In this document: piece after piece, positions 19,296 to 29,621 of the stretch | How the letters are laid out: each line of letters opens with the position of its first letter | How positions within the stretch are numbered: the stretch's first letter is position 1 | Source: an uncultured Alphaproteobacteria bacterium | Lineage (GTDB): Bacteria > Pseudomonadota > Alphaproteobacteria > UBA11222 | Reading direction: 5' to 3' | Assembly: GCA_937888955.1 (NCBI GenBank) | Contig: CALAQW010000086.1 | Location: 1-60,969 of the forward strand | DNA: 60,969 bases | Program-made: the position numbers and the translations under genes | The notes under the pieces: model-generated | Database searches by the model: none | What the model saw: the letters and a program-made list of their open reading frames with translations, nothing else | Told to the model about the DNA's origin: nothing

Positions 19296-20203
19296 AGCGG
19301 CACTTCCTCGGGATTATCGCAAAGCGCGGCAAGCCCCTCCCGATAGGTGGGATAATCAAGTCTAACGCCGAGATCCGCCTTGATGCGGTCATTCCGGACC
19401 CTGCGGCAATCATTGTAGAAACTTTTGGCCATGGGGCTCAGATCCGCCGCCTCAAACGGGATAAGCGGCGGCACCGGCACCCCCGCCAGCTCACAGGCAA
19501 GGGCGACAATCTGGTGATTGGGGGCCGGTTCATCGTCGCAAACATTATAGACCGCACCCGGATCGGGCCGGGCGATGGAGGCGGCGAGCGTTTGCGCGAT
19601 ATCGTCCACATGAATGCGGCAGAATACCTGCCCTGCCTTGTCGATCCGGCGCGCCTGCCCTGCTTTTGCGGTCAAAAGGGCGTTGCGACCGGGGCCATAG
19701 ATCCCCGCCAGCCGGAACATATGCACCGGCAAGCCGTGATCGCGGTACAGATCGCACCAGTCCCGTTCTGCCGCCGCGCGGCGCGCACTGCGCCCGGGGG
19801 CCGGATCGGGGGGCGTCGTCTCATCGACCCAACCGCCCTGCCGGTCACCATAGACGCCGGTCGTCGACAGATAGCCGATCCATTGGAATTGCGCCCGCCG
19901 GGCAATCAGCGTGTCGCGCAACGCGCCAAGCACCGGGTCGCCCGCCTCCCCCGGCGGGACGGAAATCAGAAGATGCGTCACCCCCTGCCATGCGGCATCG
20001 GGCAAACTTCCCCCGTCATTGAACTGAAAGCTTGCGATGCCGCGCGCGCTGAGTTCGCGGGCCCGCGCCGGATCGCGGCAGGTTGCCGAAATCCGCCAGC
20101 CGCGCGCGCGCAAAAGACGCACGGTCGCGCGTGCCGAAAACCCAAGACCAAAGCACAGCAGATGACCGGGCGGGGTGGAAAGAGGGGTTGCGGAATCACT
20201 CAT
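19292..20203 (-). CDS. NAD-dependent epimerase/dehydratase-type SDR family protein
   Basis: LLCFGLGFSA Rossmann-like N-terminus, YLSTTGVYGD, RLAGIYGPGRN. Start at MSDSATP (ATG 20203). Confidence 0.65.
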   Translation of the reverse strand: MSDSATPLSTPPGHLLCFGLGFSARATVRLLRARGWRISATCRDPARARELSARGIASFQFNDGGSLPDAAWQGVTHLLISVPPGEAGDPVLGALRDTLIARRAQFQWIGYLSTTGVYGDRQGGWVDETTPPDPAPGRSARRAAAERDWCDLYRDHGLPVHMFRLAGIYGPGRNALLTAKAGQARRIDKAGQVFCRIHVDDIAQTLAASIARPDPGAVYNVCDDEPAPNHQIVALACELAGVPVPPLIPFEAADLSPMAKSFYNDCRRVRNDRIKADLGVRLDYPTYREGLAALCDNPEEVPL

Positions 20204-20223
20204 TTGCGCAGACCTTACCGCGC

Positions 20224-21069
20224 ATGAAGTTCCGCCGACAAGTCGGGCGCGCACGCCCTGTTGCAACCGTCATGATGCTGATTGCCGGCATGGCGCAGAC
20301 CGCGCCGCTTGCAGCCGCGCAGGTCGGGGAGGAAGCCGCCTATCAGCGCTGCCTGTCGGAAATCACGCTCAACCCGAATCAGGCATTTGACGAGGCGCTG
20401 ATCTGGCGCGATCAGGGCGGCGGTATTCCGGCGCGCCATTGCGCGGCGCTGGCGCTGATCGCGCTCGAGGAATATGCGGCTGCCGCCGAACGGCTTGAGG
20501 AACTGGCCGATCAAAGCGCGACGCGCGCGGCCGCGCAGGCCATGCGGCCCGACATGCTGGGCCAGGCGGGCAATGCATGGCTGCTCGCCGACCGGCCGGA
20601 CCGGGCCTATTCCGCCCTGAGCGGGGCGCTCGCCCTGCTGCCTGAGACAGCGCCGGCGCGCGCCGATCTGTTGATCGATCGGGCCCGCGCGCTGGCCGCA
20701 CAGGAACAATGGGCTGCCGCCGAAGCCGATCTGAGCGCAAGCCTGAGCCTCGCGCCGGAGCGGGTGGCGGGCTATATCTTCCGCGCCACCGCGCGGCGTT
20801 TCCTTGAACAATTCGATGCCGCGCTGGAGGATATCGACACCGCCCTGGCGCTTGACCCCGAACGCGCCGAAGCGCTGCTTGAACGCGGTATCCTGCACCG
20901 GCTGGCCGGCCGCGACGATGCGGCACGCCGGGACTGGCTCAAGCTGCTGACGATGACCGAGGAAGGACCCGCCGCAACGGCCGCGCAGCGCAATCTCGAA
21001 ATGATGGATGTCGACCTGTCGAAGGATGGGCATGGGGATGGCGCGGCGGCGGCAGGCCACGCCAGATAA
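20224..21069 (+). CDS. Secreted tetratricopeptide-repeat protein
   Basis: Signal peptide MKFRRQVGRARPVATVMMLIAGMAQTAPLAAAQ followed by TPR-like Ala/Leu-rich repeats. The antisense 281-aa ORF is rejected. Confidence 0.6.
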   Translation: MKFRRQVGRARPVATVMMLIAGMAQTAPLAAAQVGEEAAYQRCLSEITLNPNQAFDEALIWRDQGGGIPARHCAALALIALEEYAAAAERLEELADQSATRAAAQAMRPDMLGQAGNAWLLADRPDRAYSALSGALALLPETAPARADLLIDRARALAAQEQWAAAEADLSASLSLAPERVAGYIFRATARRFLEQFDAALEDIDTALALDPERAEALLERGILHRLAGRDDAARRDWLKLLTMTEEGPAATAAQRNLEMMDVDLSKDGHGDGAAAAGHAR

Positions 21070-21089
21070 TACAGCACACAGTAAATGAA

Positions 21090-21124
21090 ACGGCCCGCGC
21101 GGCAGGTTTCGCCGGGCGGGCCGT
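21090..21124 (-). terminator. GC-rich hairpin (9-bp stem ACGGCCCGC/GCGGGCCGT) between the convergent TPR gene and sdhB
   Basis: Perfect stem read from the sequence. On the minus-strand transcript it is followed by UUUCAUUU. Confidence 0.5.
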
Positions 21125-21181
21125 CATCAATGAATTTGCCGCTGCCAACTTACAGCGGCGAACGTACTGCGGCGAACGGGA

Positions 21182-21961
21182 TCAGACCTGCCGTTCGACC
21201 ATCATCTTCTTGATTTCGGCGATGGCGCGCGCGGGGTTGAGCCCCTTGGGACAGGTCTGCGCGCAGTTCATGATGGTGATGCAGCGATACAGGCGGAACG
21301 GATCCTCCAGATCGTCGAGCCGTTCACCGGTCGCCTCATCGCGGCTGTCGATCAGCCAGCGATAGGCCTGCAGCAGCGCCGCCGGGCCAAGGTAGCGATC
21401 GCCATTCCACCAATAGCTCGGGCAGCTGGTCGAGCAGCAGGCGCACAGGATGCATTCGTAAAGCCCGTCAAGCTTCTGCCGATCCTCATAGCTTTGCAGC
21501 CATTCCTTCTGCGGCTCCGGGCTGACCGTCTGCAGATAGGGTTTGATCGAGGCATATTGCGCATAGAAGGTGCTGAGGTCGGGCACCAGATCCTTGACCA
21601 CATCGGTATGCGGCAGGGGATAGACCTTCACATCGCCGTCGATCTCATCCATGCCCTTGGTGCAGGCAAGGGTGTTCATGCCGTCGATATTCATCGCGCA
21701 GGAGCCGCACACCCCCTCGCGGCAGGAGCGCCGGAAGGTCAGGGTGGGATCCATCTCGTTCTTGATCTTGATCAGCGCGTCAAGCACCATCGGCCCGCAA
21801 CTGTCCATATCCACCTCATAGGTGTCGACACGCGGGTTATCGCCGTCATCCGGGCTCCAGCGATAAACCTGGAACTTGCGGATATTACCGGCTCCTTCGG
21901 GCGCCTTGTGGGTCTTGCCCTTCTGGATCTTGGAATTTTTCGGCAGAGCGAACTCAACCAT
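21182..21961 (-). CDS. sdhB: Succinate dehydrogenase iron-sulfur subunit
   Basis: Three Cys clusters ([37 protein letters not shown]). Confidence 0.95.
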   Translation of the reverse strand: MVEFALPKNSKIQKGKTHKAPEGAGNIRKFQVYRWSPDDGDNPRVDTYEVDMDSCGPMVLDALIKIKNEMDPTLTFRRSCREGVCGSCAMNIDGMNTLACTKGMDEIDGDVKVYPLPHTDVVKDLVPDLSTFYAQYASIKPYLQTVSPEPQKEWLQSYEDRQKLDGLYECILCACCSTSCPSYWWNGDRYLGPAALLQAYRWLIDSRDEATGERLDDLEDPFRLYRCITIMNCAQTCPKGLNPARAIAEIKKMMVERQV

Positions 21962-22017
21962 GGACCGATCCCCCTCTTTGGCTTGCGCCTTAAGCTATTG
22001 ACCGGCGAACGTGTGGA

Positions 22018-23808
22018 TCAGTACACGCGCGCCTTGGGTTTGATATATTCGATGTCGTTTGACAGGGTGTAGCTGTGCACCGGACGATAGTCCATCCGCA
22101 CCGTCCCGTCCTCGTCGAGCCAGGCGAGCGTATGCTTCATCCAGTTCTCGTCGTCACGGTCGGGATAATCTTCGCGCGCATGGGCGCCGCGGCTTTCCTT
22201 GCGGTTTTCCGCGCTGTACATGGCCACCATCGCCTGCCGGATCAGATTGTCGAATTCGAGCGTCTCGATCAGATCGGAATTCCAGATCAGCGACCGGTCG
22301 AAGGTCTTCAGATCGTTGCGCGCGTCATAGACTTCCTTGATCAGCTTGACGCCTTCCTCAAGCACCTCGCCGGTGCGGAACACGGCGCAGTTATTCTGCA
22401 TGATGCGCTGCATCTTGAGCCGCAGTTCCGCGGTCGAGGTGCTGCCATTGGCATGCCGCGCCGCATCAAGCCGCGACAGCGCCATCTCCCCGGCATCGGC
22501 CGGCAGATCGCGCTGCTTTTCCTCCGGATCGACGATCTGCGCCGCGCGCAGACCGGCCGCGCGGCCGAACACGACCAGATCGATCAGCGAGTTCGAACCA
22601 AGCCGGTTCGCCCCGTGCACCGACACGCAGGCCGCCTCGCCCACCGCCATCAGACCGGGCACCACCTGATCGGGATTGCCGTCTTTCAGGGTCACCACCT
22701 CGCCATGGAAGTTGGTCTGGATGCCGCCCATATTGTAATGCACCGTCGGCAGGACCGGAATCGGCTCCTTGGTCACATCAACGCCGGCGAAAATCCGCGC
22801 CGATTCGGAAATGCCGGGCAGACGTTCCGCCAGGATCGCGGGATCGAGATGATCAAGATGCAGATAGATATGATCCTTGTTCGGGCCGACGCCGCGGCCT
22901 TCGCGGATCTCGATCGTCATTGAACGGCTGACCACATCGCGGCTCGCCAGATCCTTGGCGCTCGGCGCATAGCGTTCCATGAAACGCTCGCCCTCGGAAT
23001 TGGTGACATAGCCACCCTCGCCGCGCGCGCCTTCGGTGATCAGACAGCCGGCGCCGTAAATGCCGGTCGGATGGAACTGGATGAATTCCATATCCTGCAG
23101 CGGCAGTCCCGCCCGCAGCACCATGCCATTGCCGTCGCCGGTGCAGGTATGCGCAGAGGTGCAGGAGAAATAAGTGCGCCCGTAACCGCCGGTCGCGAGA
23201 ATCGTCAGCTTGGCGCGGATCCGGTGAATGGTGCCGTCATCCATGTTGATCGCCACGACACCGCGGCAGGCCCCCTCTTCATCCATGATCAGGTCGATGA
23301 CGAAATATTCGATCATGAATTCCGCATTGTGACGCACGCTTTGCCCGTAAAGGGTGTGCAGCATCGCATGGCCGGTCCGGTCCGCCGCCGCGCAGGTGCG
23401 CAGCGCGGCCGGGCCTTCACCATATTCGGTCGTCATGCCGCCAAAGGCACGCTGATAGATCTTGCCTTCCTCGGTGCGCGAGAAGGGCACCCCGAAATGT
23501 TCCAGCTCGTAAACCGCGGTCGGCGCCTCGCGGCACAGATATTCGATGGCATCCTGATCACCGAGCCAGTCCGACCCCTTGACGGTATCGAACATATGCC
23601 AGCGCCAGTCATCTTCCATCATATTGCCGAGCGAGGCGGAAATGCCGCCCTGCGCCGCGACCGTGTGGCTGCGGGTCGGGAACACCTTGGTGATATTGAC
23701 GGTGCGAAGCCCCGCCTGCGCGCAGCCGAGCGTCGCACGGAGGCCCGAGCCACCGGCGCCGACGACGACCACGTCATAGCTATGATCAGTAATGGGATAG
23801 GCAGTCAT
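22018..23808 (-). CDS. sdhA: Succinate dehydrogenase flavoprotein subunit
   Basis: [23 protein letters not shown] (covalent FAD His) and HGANRLG motifs. Confidence 0.95.
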   Translation of the reverse strand: MTAYPITDHSYDVVVVGAGGSGLRATLGCAQAGLRTVNITKVFPTRSHTVAAQGGISASLGNMMEDDWRWHMFDTVKGSDWLGDQDAIEYLCREAPTAVYELEHFGVPFSRTEEGKIYQRAFGGMTTEYGEGPAALRTCAAADRTGHAMLHTLYGQSVRHNAEFMIEYFVIDLIMDEEGACRGVVAINMDDGTIHRIRAKLTILATGGYGRTYFSCTSAHTCTGDGNGMVLRAGLPLQDMEFIQFHPTGIYGAGCLITEGARGEGGYVTNSEGERFMERYAPSAKDLASRDVVSRSMTIEIREGRGVGPNKDHIYLHLDHLDPAILAERLPGISESARIFAGVDVTKEPIPVLPTVHYNMGGIQTNFHGEVVTLKDGNPDQVVPGLMAVGEAACVSVHGANRLGSNSLIDLVVFGRAAGLRAAQIVDPEEKQRDLPADAGEMALSRLDAARHANGSTSTAELRLKMQRIMQNNCAVFRTGEVLEEGVKLIKEVYDARNDLKTFDRSLIWNSDLIETLEFDNLIRQAMVAMYSAENRKESRGAHAREDYPDRDDENWMKHTLAWLDEDGTVRMDYRPVHSYTLSNDIEYIKPKARVY

Positions 23809-23854
23809 GAGCGTTGCGCGTCCTTCATCCTTGAAAACGGAGCCTAAAGCGGGC

Positions 23855-24265
23855 CTAAAGCGGTGTCGTGATATCGATCGAAACAGCCGGCCCGAAGCCG
23901 AGTCTCAACACCGAATAGACGCAGGCCAGCCCGAGCAGCAGCGTACCGAGATTGATGAGCACAATGAGCCCGATCTTCGCCAGTTCGCCATGCACATAAT
24001 CCTCGACCACATGGGTCAGACCGAGTTTGAGATGGTAAAAGCCGATCACGAGGAAGGCGAGCAGCAAAACCGCAACAAGCGGTGAGCCGACAAAACTCGC
24101 CGCCTCGGCATAGCTCTTGCCGGTCAGCGCGATCATCGCCGCGACAAAGAACAGTGTCAGCGGCACAAGCGCCAGCGCGGTCAGCCGCTGATGCCAGAAA
24201 GTCTGCGTCCCGGTACGTGCCGCGCCACGGCCGCGCACCCGGCCCATTGGAGTTTTGAACGCCAT
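23855..24265 (-). CDS. sdhD: Succinate dehydrogenase membrane anchor subunit
   Basis: 136 aa, 3 TM, between sdhC and sdhA. Confidence 0.8.
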   Translation of the reverse strand: MAFKTPMGRVRGRGAARTGTQTFWHQRLTALALVPLTLFFVAAMIALTGKSYAEAASFVGSPLVAVLLLAFLVIGFYHLKLGLTHVVEDYVHGELAKIGLIVLINLGTLLLGLACVYSVLRLGFGPAVSIDITTPL

Positions 24266-24681
24266 CAGCCATTCCCTCCCATCGCATAGGCAAGCACCCA
24301 GGCAATAATCGTCAGCAGCACCGAGCCGCCGATCACCGCCATCGCGCTTTTATCCGCGGTCGCCGGTTCGAAACCGCGACCGGTATCCCAGACAAGATGC
24401 CGGATGCCATTGCACATATGATACATCAGCGCCCAGGTGAAACCGAACATCAGCAGCCGGCCGAACCAGCTGCCGAGAAATCCCTGTATGCCGTCATAGG
24501 CTTGCGGACCGCCGGCCAGCGCCAGCAGCCAGCAGGTCAAAAGCAAGGTGCCGATGCCAAGCCCCACGCCGGTAATCCGGTGGGTGATCGACGCCGCCAT
24601 GGTGATCTTCCAGCGATAGATCTGCAGGTGCGGCGCCATGGGCCGCGCGCGACGCGGCGCGCCGTCTTGTGTTTCCGCCAT
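24265..24681 (-). CDS. sdhC: Succinate dehydrogenase cytochrome b556 subunit
   Basis: RPMAPHLQIYRWKITMAASITHRITG motif. Start taken at MAETQDG; the ORF track starts further upstream. Confidence 0.8.
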   Translation of the reverse strand: MAETQDGAPRRARPMAPHLQIYRWKITMAASITHRITGVGLGIGTLLLTCWLLALAGGPQAYDGIQGFLGSWFGRLLMFGFTWALMYHMCNGIRHLVWDTGRGFEPATADKSAMAVIGGSVLLTIIAWVLAYAMGGNG

Positions 24682-24892
24682 TGCTGGCCCCCTCCGATGT
24701 ATCGTGTTTCCGGTTTCCCGGAATTGCCGCACCATTGTAATCGGTTTTTCGTGCGAACACAGTACGATATGCCATATTTTCGGCGCGATAGTAAGCACCG
24801 GTTACGCGAAGTCAATCTTCCTTGCCGCTTTGCCGCGCAGAATTTTCCCAACCCGCGATATGTTGCCGCGCATGAAATCGCGGCCGCGGCGC

Positions 24893-25957
24893 TCAGCTAC
24901 CCTGACGGCGCGGCATCAGCACCCAGTAATCAAGATCAAGGATCACACCGGCCGCATGCCCGTCTTCGGTCTTGCCCGGGAAATCGGCCGCCGGCCGATC
25001 CTTGGTGGCAAAGCCGCGCACCCGCAAGGCGCCAAGATCGCTGCGGCCGGGCAATTCCGCCTTGTCGAGGATCTCCGACCAGGCAAACACCGTATCCCCG
25101 GCATAGCAGGGGGCGACATGCTGTCCGGCATTGATCGCGGCGATCTTGAAGGCATTGCCAAGCCCGTTATAGCTCAGCGCCCGCGCCAGGCTGATCACAT
25201 GCCCGCCATAGATCAGCCGCCGGCCCGCCTTGTCGTCATTCTGCATGAACTGGTTGAAATGCACCTTGGCGGTGTTCTGGTAAAGCCGGGTCGCCATCAT
25301 ATGCTCGGCTTCCTCGATCGTCATGCCGTCCACATGATCGATCTTTTCACCCACCGCGTAATCGTCCCACAGATGCGGGCTGCCGGCCAGATCGGTGTCA
25401 TAGCCCGAAAGCTGCAACCCCTCTGGCACCACAAGCTGATCGGGGGCCACCGCCTCGGGCAGGTCGGGAATTTGCGTCTCAGGCGCAGGCGCCGCCGCAT
25501 CGCGTTTGCGCACCATCACCCAGCGCACATAGTCGATCACCACTTCATGGCGTTGATTGACCGCGGTCGAGCGCACATAGACGATGCCCGACTTGCCATT
25601 GGACAATTGCCGCAGCCCGATCACCTCGGAACTCGTGGTAATCGTGTCGCCGGGATAGACCGGGGTCACAAAACGACAATCCGCATAGCCCAGATTGGCA
25701 ACCGCATTCAGTGAGATATCGGGCACCGTCTTGCCGAACGCGATATGAAAGGCAAGCAGATCGTCGCTGGGCGCGCGCGGCAGGCCCAGGGCGCGGGCGA
25801 ATTCATCGGACGAGGTCAGCGGAAAACGCGGCCCGAACAGCGCCATATAAACCGCCGCATCCCCCTCGCTCACGGTGCGCGGGGTGGCATGGCGCAGAAA
25901 CTGGCCAACCGAAAAGTCCTCGAAATAATTGCCCGGATTGGTCTTCTGCACAGCCAT
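24893..25957 (-). CDS. mch: Double-hotdog MaoC-family hydratase, mesaconyl-CoA hydratase-like
   Basis: 354 aa from MAVQKTNPGNYFEDF. The size and motifs (HATPRTVSEGD, GKTVPDISLNAVANLGYA, WDDYAVGEKIDHVDGMTIEEAEH, ALRVRGFATKD) match what I remember of ethylmalonyl-CoA-pathway Mch. Confidence 0.65.
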   Translation of the reverse strand: MAVQKTNPGNYFEDFSVGQFLRHATPRTVSEGDAAVYMALFGPRFPLTSSDEFARALGLPRAPSDDLLAFHIAFGKTVPDISLNAVANLGYADCRFVTPVYPGDTITTSSEVIGLRQLSNGKSGIVYVRSTAVNQRHEVVIDYVRWVMVRKRDAAAPAPETQIPDLPEAVAPDQLVVPEGLQLSGYDTDLAGSPHLWDDYAVGEKIDHVDGMTIEEAEHMMATRLYQNTAKVHFNQFMQNDDKAGRRLIYGGHVISLARALSYNGLGNAFKIAAINAGQHVAPCYAGDTVFAWSEILDKAELPGRSDLGALRVRGFATKDRPAADFPGKTEDGHAAGVILDLDYWVLMPRRQGS

Positions 25958-26204
25958 GCCTGCCTCTGTCTCCCGCTGTTGGAATCGCGTCACCCGCCTG
26001 CCGCGGCGGGCCGTTGGCCGCCTTATAGCAACCCCGCCGCGCCATCGCCACGGGAATTGGGCAAAAGATGGCGAGAAGCCGCACCGCCCCCGCGCGGGCG
26101 TCTTGTCGCTTGCGCGGGGGCGCGGTCTGTGCTGGGCTTTTGCAAACAAGCGCGCCGGAGCAGATAAAATCCGGCGGACCGGAACAGTCAGGGGAGTAGC
26201 GGCA

Positions 26205-27023
26205 ATGGCAGCAATCAACAAAGAAGGCATTCTGGCGGGCAAGGTGGCGGTGGTGACCGGTGCCTCGCGCGGTATCGGCGAGGCGGTGGCGATCCGCTAT
26301 GCGATGGAGGGGGCGAAGGTCGTTATCTCGGCCCGCACGGTGGAAGAAGGCGATCACGCGCTGCCCGGCAGCATCAATGCGGTGACCCGGAAGATCAACG
26401 ATGCGGGCGGGCAGGCGCTTGCGGTGCAATGCGATCTGGCCAAGCCGGACGACCGTGAGCGGCTGATCAAGACCACCGAGGAATGTTTCGGGCCGGTCGA
26501 CATCCTGTGCAACAATGCGGCGATCACCTATTTCATGCCGGTCGCGAAATTCACCGAAAACCGCTTCAAACTGATGATCGAGGTGCAGGTCTACGCGCCC
26601 TTCCATCTGTCGCAGATGGTAATCCCCGGCATGCGCGAAAAAGGCGCGGGCTGGATTATCAATGTCTCCTCACATGCCGCGCTGCACCCCAAACTTGACC
26701 AGGCAGCAATCGGGGCGGGAGGCACGGTTTACGGCATGTGCAAGGCGGCGCTCGAACGCTTCACAACGGGGCTTGCATCAGAACTTTATCGCGACAATAT
26801 CGCGGTGAATGTGATCGCACCGGGGCTTGTGGCGACGCCGGGCGTCGTGCATCACAAGCTGATCAACGAATCAAACAAGGATATGGCAACCCCTGTCGAA
26901 CATATGGCGGAGGCGTGCCTGCGCCTGTCGCATGCGCCGGCGCAGGAGCTGTCGGGCCGGATCACCTATGCCAATGATATGATGAAGGAATTCGATCTGA
27001 CCGCCGCAGATCTGCTCGCCTGA
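26205..27023 (+). CDS. Short-chain dehydrogenase/reductase (classical SDR)
   Basis: VAVVTGASRGIGEA cofactor motif and the YGMCKAA catalytic YxxxK. GGGGAG SD upstream of ATG 26205. Confidence 0.8.
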   Translation: MAAINKEGILAGKVAVVTGASRGIGEAVAIRYAMEGAKVVISARTVEEGDHALPGSINAVTRKINDAGGQALAVQCDLAKPDDRERLIKTTEECFGPVDILCNNAAITYFMPVAKFTENRFKLMIEVQVYAPFHLSQMVIPGMREKGAGWIINVSSHAALHPKLDQAAIGAGGTVYGMCKAALERFTTGLASELYRDNIAVNVIAPGLVATPGVVHHKLINESNKDMATPVEHMAEACLRLSHAPAQELSGRITYANDMMKEFDLTAADLLA

Positions 27024-27151
27024 GCCGGGCGTGGCTTGTACCCGGCCCTCAGCGGCAGCTGGTCAGCGCAACTGGGCAATTTTTGGGGAGGGGGGGCGAG
27101 GAACCGCCGCCCCACCCTCGGGGGCCACTCTCAGGCCCCATCAGGACCCCA

Positions 27152-27760
27152 TCAAGACCATTGCCGGACGGGGCCTGTATCGATATGCAGAAATCCCGAT
27201 TTCGGGTAATAGCCGACGCCGCCGCCGCGCAAACCAAGGGCCGCGCGGCGCATATCGGGCAACCGCATACCCGGCAGCCTGATGTCGATCGCGCGGCCTT
27301 GCATGTGATAGCTGCGCTTGGCGACGCCGCCGCTGTTCTGCCGCAGCATGGCATTGGTTTTCGGCGATCGGTATCCCGAGATCACATGGAAAGGCGCGGT
27401 GGATTCCATCCGGCTGCGCAGCCGGTGCAGCAAATCAAGCAGTTTGGGATCGACCGGCCAGGCTTCATCGGTACGGTGATCGCGCAGCACATGGCTGATT
27501 TCGGCAAGTCCGTCGGGCAACAACGCCCCCTTTGACCAGAAATCGGCGGCCACTTTCTCCCCGGTATGCAAATTCAGAAAACTGAGGCTGCGACTGCCAG
27601 TTGACACTTTCGGCGCCGCGAAGGCTGTCGCGGGCTGCACTGCCAGCCCGGCCGCTGCGCCACCGGCAAGACCAAGAAAACCGCGCCGGCTGACACACAC
27701 TGAAATGCCGTCCCCGTCCGGGGCAGAATTCCACTGTTTTTCCATACCGTCATCCTGCAT
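27152..27760 (-). CDS. mepK: DUF882/peptidase M15A protein (YcbK/MepK-like murein endopeptidase), Tat-exported
   Basis: SRRGFLGLAGGAAAG twin-arginine signal, SGYRSPKTN, HMQGRAIDI and GGVGYYPKSGFLHIDTG. It follows ldtD, as in E. coli ycbB-ycbK. Confidence 0.75.
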   Translation of the reverse strand: MQDDGMEKQWNSAPDGDGISVCVSRRGFLGLAGGAAAGLAVQPATAFAAPKVSTGSRSLSFLNLHTGEKVAADFWSKGALLPDGLAEISHVLRDHRTDEAWPVDPKLLDLLHRLRSRMESTAPFHVISGYRSPKTNAMLRQNSGGVAKRSYHMQGRAIDIRLPGMRLPDMRRAALGLRGGGVGYYPKSGFLHIDTGPVRQWS

Positions 27761-27815
27761 GCACCGAATATCCTTCTTCTGACATCATGCCTCAAAAAAC
27801 AGAATATCACCCTCA

Positions 27816-27842
27816 GGGCGACAGATATCGCAACTGTCGCCC
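27816..27842 (-). other. Intercistronic hairpin (9-bp perfect stem GGGCGACAG/CTGTCGCCC) between ldtD and mepK
   Basis: Read directly from the sequence. No U-tract follows, so I do not call it an intrinsic terminator. Confidence 0.4.
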
Positions 27843-27849
27843 GGCTGCG

Positions 27850-29556
27850 TTACAGATTGCCTGACAAATCCGGGCCGGGCAACGCCAATGCCTGGTTGAG
27901 CAGCATATCGCGACCGTAAATATCGTCGCGGAACTGGAACCGGCCCGCGCTGTCGATCCAGGCGGTCAGATAGAGAATATGGACCGGCAATGGTTCCAAA
28001 AGTTTTACCGTGCGGGTTTCACCGCTCACCATCGCCGCGCGCAGCTTGTCGAGCGGCCAGCGCGGATCACCATGAAGTGCGAACAGGGCAAGCTGTTCGG
28101 CTTCCTGTACCCGCACGCAGCCAGAGCTGAAATCGCGTTTGTTGCGGGAGAACAGACCCCGGTCGGGCGTATCGTGCAGATAGATGCCGAAATCATTGGT
28201 CAGGGTGAAACGCACCCCGCCCAGCGCATTATCGGGCCCCGGCGCCTGCCGCAGCCAGTAGCGCAGATTGCGGGTCGAGACATTGCGCCAGTCGACGGAA
28301 GCCGGATCGACCTCGCGCGCCGCATCCCCCCATCCCTCGAAGACGCGGAATCGCTTGCGAATCAGATAATCGGGATCCTCGCGCAGTTTCGGCAGCAGAT
28401 CCTTGCGCAGGATCGTCACCGGCGGGGTCCAGCTCGGCGACAGGACCAACCCGACGATCCGGTCGCTGAACACCGGGGTGCGCCGGTAATCGCGCCCGAC
28501 AATGACCGGGCTGTGAAGCGTGTCGCCATCGGGTGAAACGGCGACCAGATTGAAATCGGCGATATTGACCCGCACATGCCGCGGCCCGAGCTGCGGCGCA
28601 AGCCAGCGCCAGCGTTCCATGTTCAGGGCCAGCTGCCGCGCCCGCTCGGACGGCGGTACATTGAGTGCGCGCCGGGTCTGCGCGCCGACGATACCATCCG
28701 CCGCGAGCCCGTGCCGGCGCTGGAACCCGGTCACTGCCTCAGCCAGTGCAGAATCGAAAAATTGCGGGTCGGCCGACGCTTGCGCGGCAACCGCTTCGGC
28801 GGTTGCGACAGGCACCGCCAGATCGCCCCACTGCGTGAGCTGTGCGCGCAGAATCGCAATCCGGGGATCACGATCCCCGGCCCTGAGCGCCGGACCGTCA
28901 GCCAATTGCGGCCAGTCTCCGTCAGCGGGCATCTGCCGCAACCGCGCAAGCCCGTCGCGACTGCGGCGATAGGGTGCATGCGCCGGCGGCAGACTGTCGA
29001 GCCAGCCCCTGAAATCAGGCGCGGCAAGCCCTGTCGCAAGCAACATTGCCGGATCGGGCCGGCGCGGATGGATAAACAGGTCGGGATCGAACTTTTCAGG
29101 CGCGCCGCGCCCGGAACTGACATCCACGACATAGCGCATAAGCGCTGCGGTCAATCGCATATCGGCAATCGCGCCAAGCTTGTCGCCATGCGGCGCGGTC
29201 ATATCGGGTGCGAGCATATAATCGCGGGCGCTGAGCCCCTCGCGATCCGCAGCGGCAAGATATTGCAAGGCCTGGGTCGCCTTGTCCGACCAGTGCGGAC
29301 TGTTCAGCCAGACCGGCTGATAGGCGCGATCCGCATAAAATTGCCGCATTGCACGCGCCAACTCGACCGGCAATGCAAGCGCGCCCGGATCAGGGCTGGC
29401 AAGCTCCGCCCTGAGGCGGGCAGCGGCAAGGTCTTCCCCTGCTTGTGCGGGCGCGGCAACCGCCAGCAAAACAAGCGGCAGCGCAAGCAGGGCGAAAAGC
29501 CGCGCCTGCCACGTCATCAACCGGTTATATTGCCGTGTCATGTTATTTTTCCGCAT
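27850..29556 (-). CDS. ldtD: L,D-transpeptidase with peptidoglycan-binding domain (YcbB/LdtD family)
   Basis: PG_binding_1-like FQRRHGLAADGIVGAQT and the YkuD catalytic region IYLHDTPDRGLFSRNKRDFSSGCVRV. Confidence 0.85.
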   Translation of the reverse strand: MRKNNMTRQYNRLMTWQARLFALLALPLVLLAVAAPAQAGEDLAAARLRAELASPDPGALALPVELARAMRQFYADRAYQPVWLNSPHWSDKATQALQYLAAADREGLSARDYMLAPDMTAPHGDKLGAIADMRLTAALMRYVVDVSSGRGAPEKFDPDLFIHPRRPDPAMLLATGLAAPDFRGWLDSLPPAHAPYRRSRDGLARLRQMPADGDWPQLADGPALRAGDRDPRIAILRAQLTQWGDLAVPVATAEAVAAQASADPQFFDSALAEAVTGFQRRHGLAADGIVGAQTRRALNVPPSERARQLALNMERWRWLAPQLGPRHVRVNIADFNLVAVSPDGDTLHSPVIVGRDYRRTPVFSDRIVGLVLSPSWTPPVTILRKDLLPKLREDPDYLIRKRFRVFEGWGDAAREVDPASVDWRNVSTRNLRYWLRQAPGPDNALGGVRFTLTNDFGIYLHDTPDRGLFSRNKRDFSSGCVRVQEAEQLALFALHGDPRWPLDKLRAAMVSGETRTVKLLEPLPVHILYLTAWIDSAGRFQFRDDIYGRDMLLNQALALPGPDLSGNL

Positions 29557-29621
29557 TACAACCGCATATAGGTAAGATTGTCATCATTAGCGACAAAAAA
29601 GCAGCAAAAGGACAGTAGCGT

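Noticed and set aside
20215-21060. 281-aa minus-strand ORF mirroring the TPR gene
   Set aside because: The plus-strand product has a signal peptide and TPR-like repeats. The minus-strand product is Arg/Gly/Gln-rich without features.
25803-26606. 267-aa minus-strand ORF spanning the mch/SDR divergent region
   Set aside because: It overlaps the SDR gene, which has the canonical TGxxxGIG and YxxxK motifs. Its translation has no motifs.
27136-27157. 11-nt imperfect tandem repeat CCCCATCAGGA/CCCCATCAAGA at the mepK 3' end
   Set aside because: There are only two units with one mismatch, straddling a stop codon. It is probably chance or slippage, with no functional hint.
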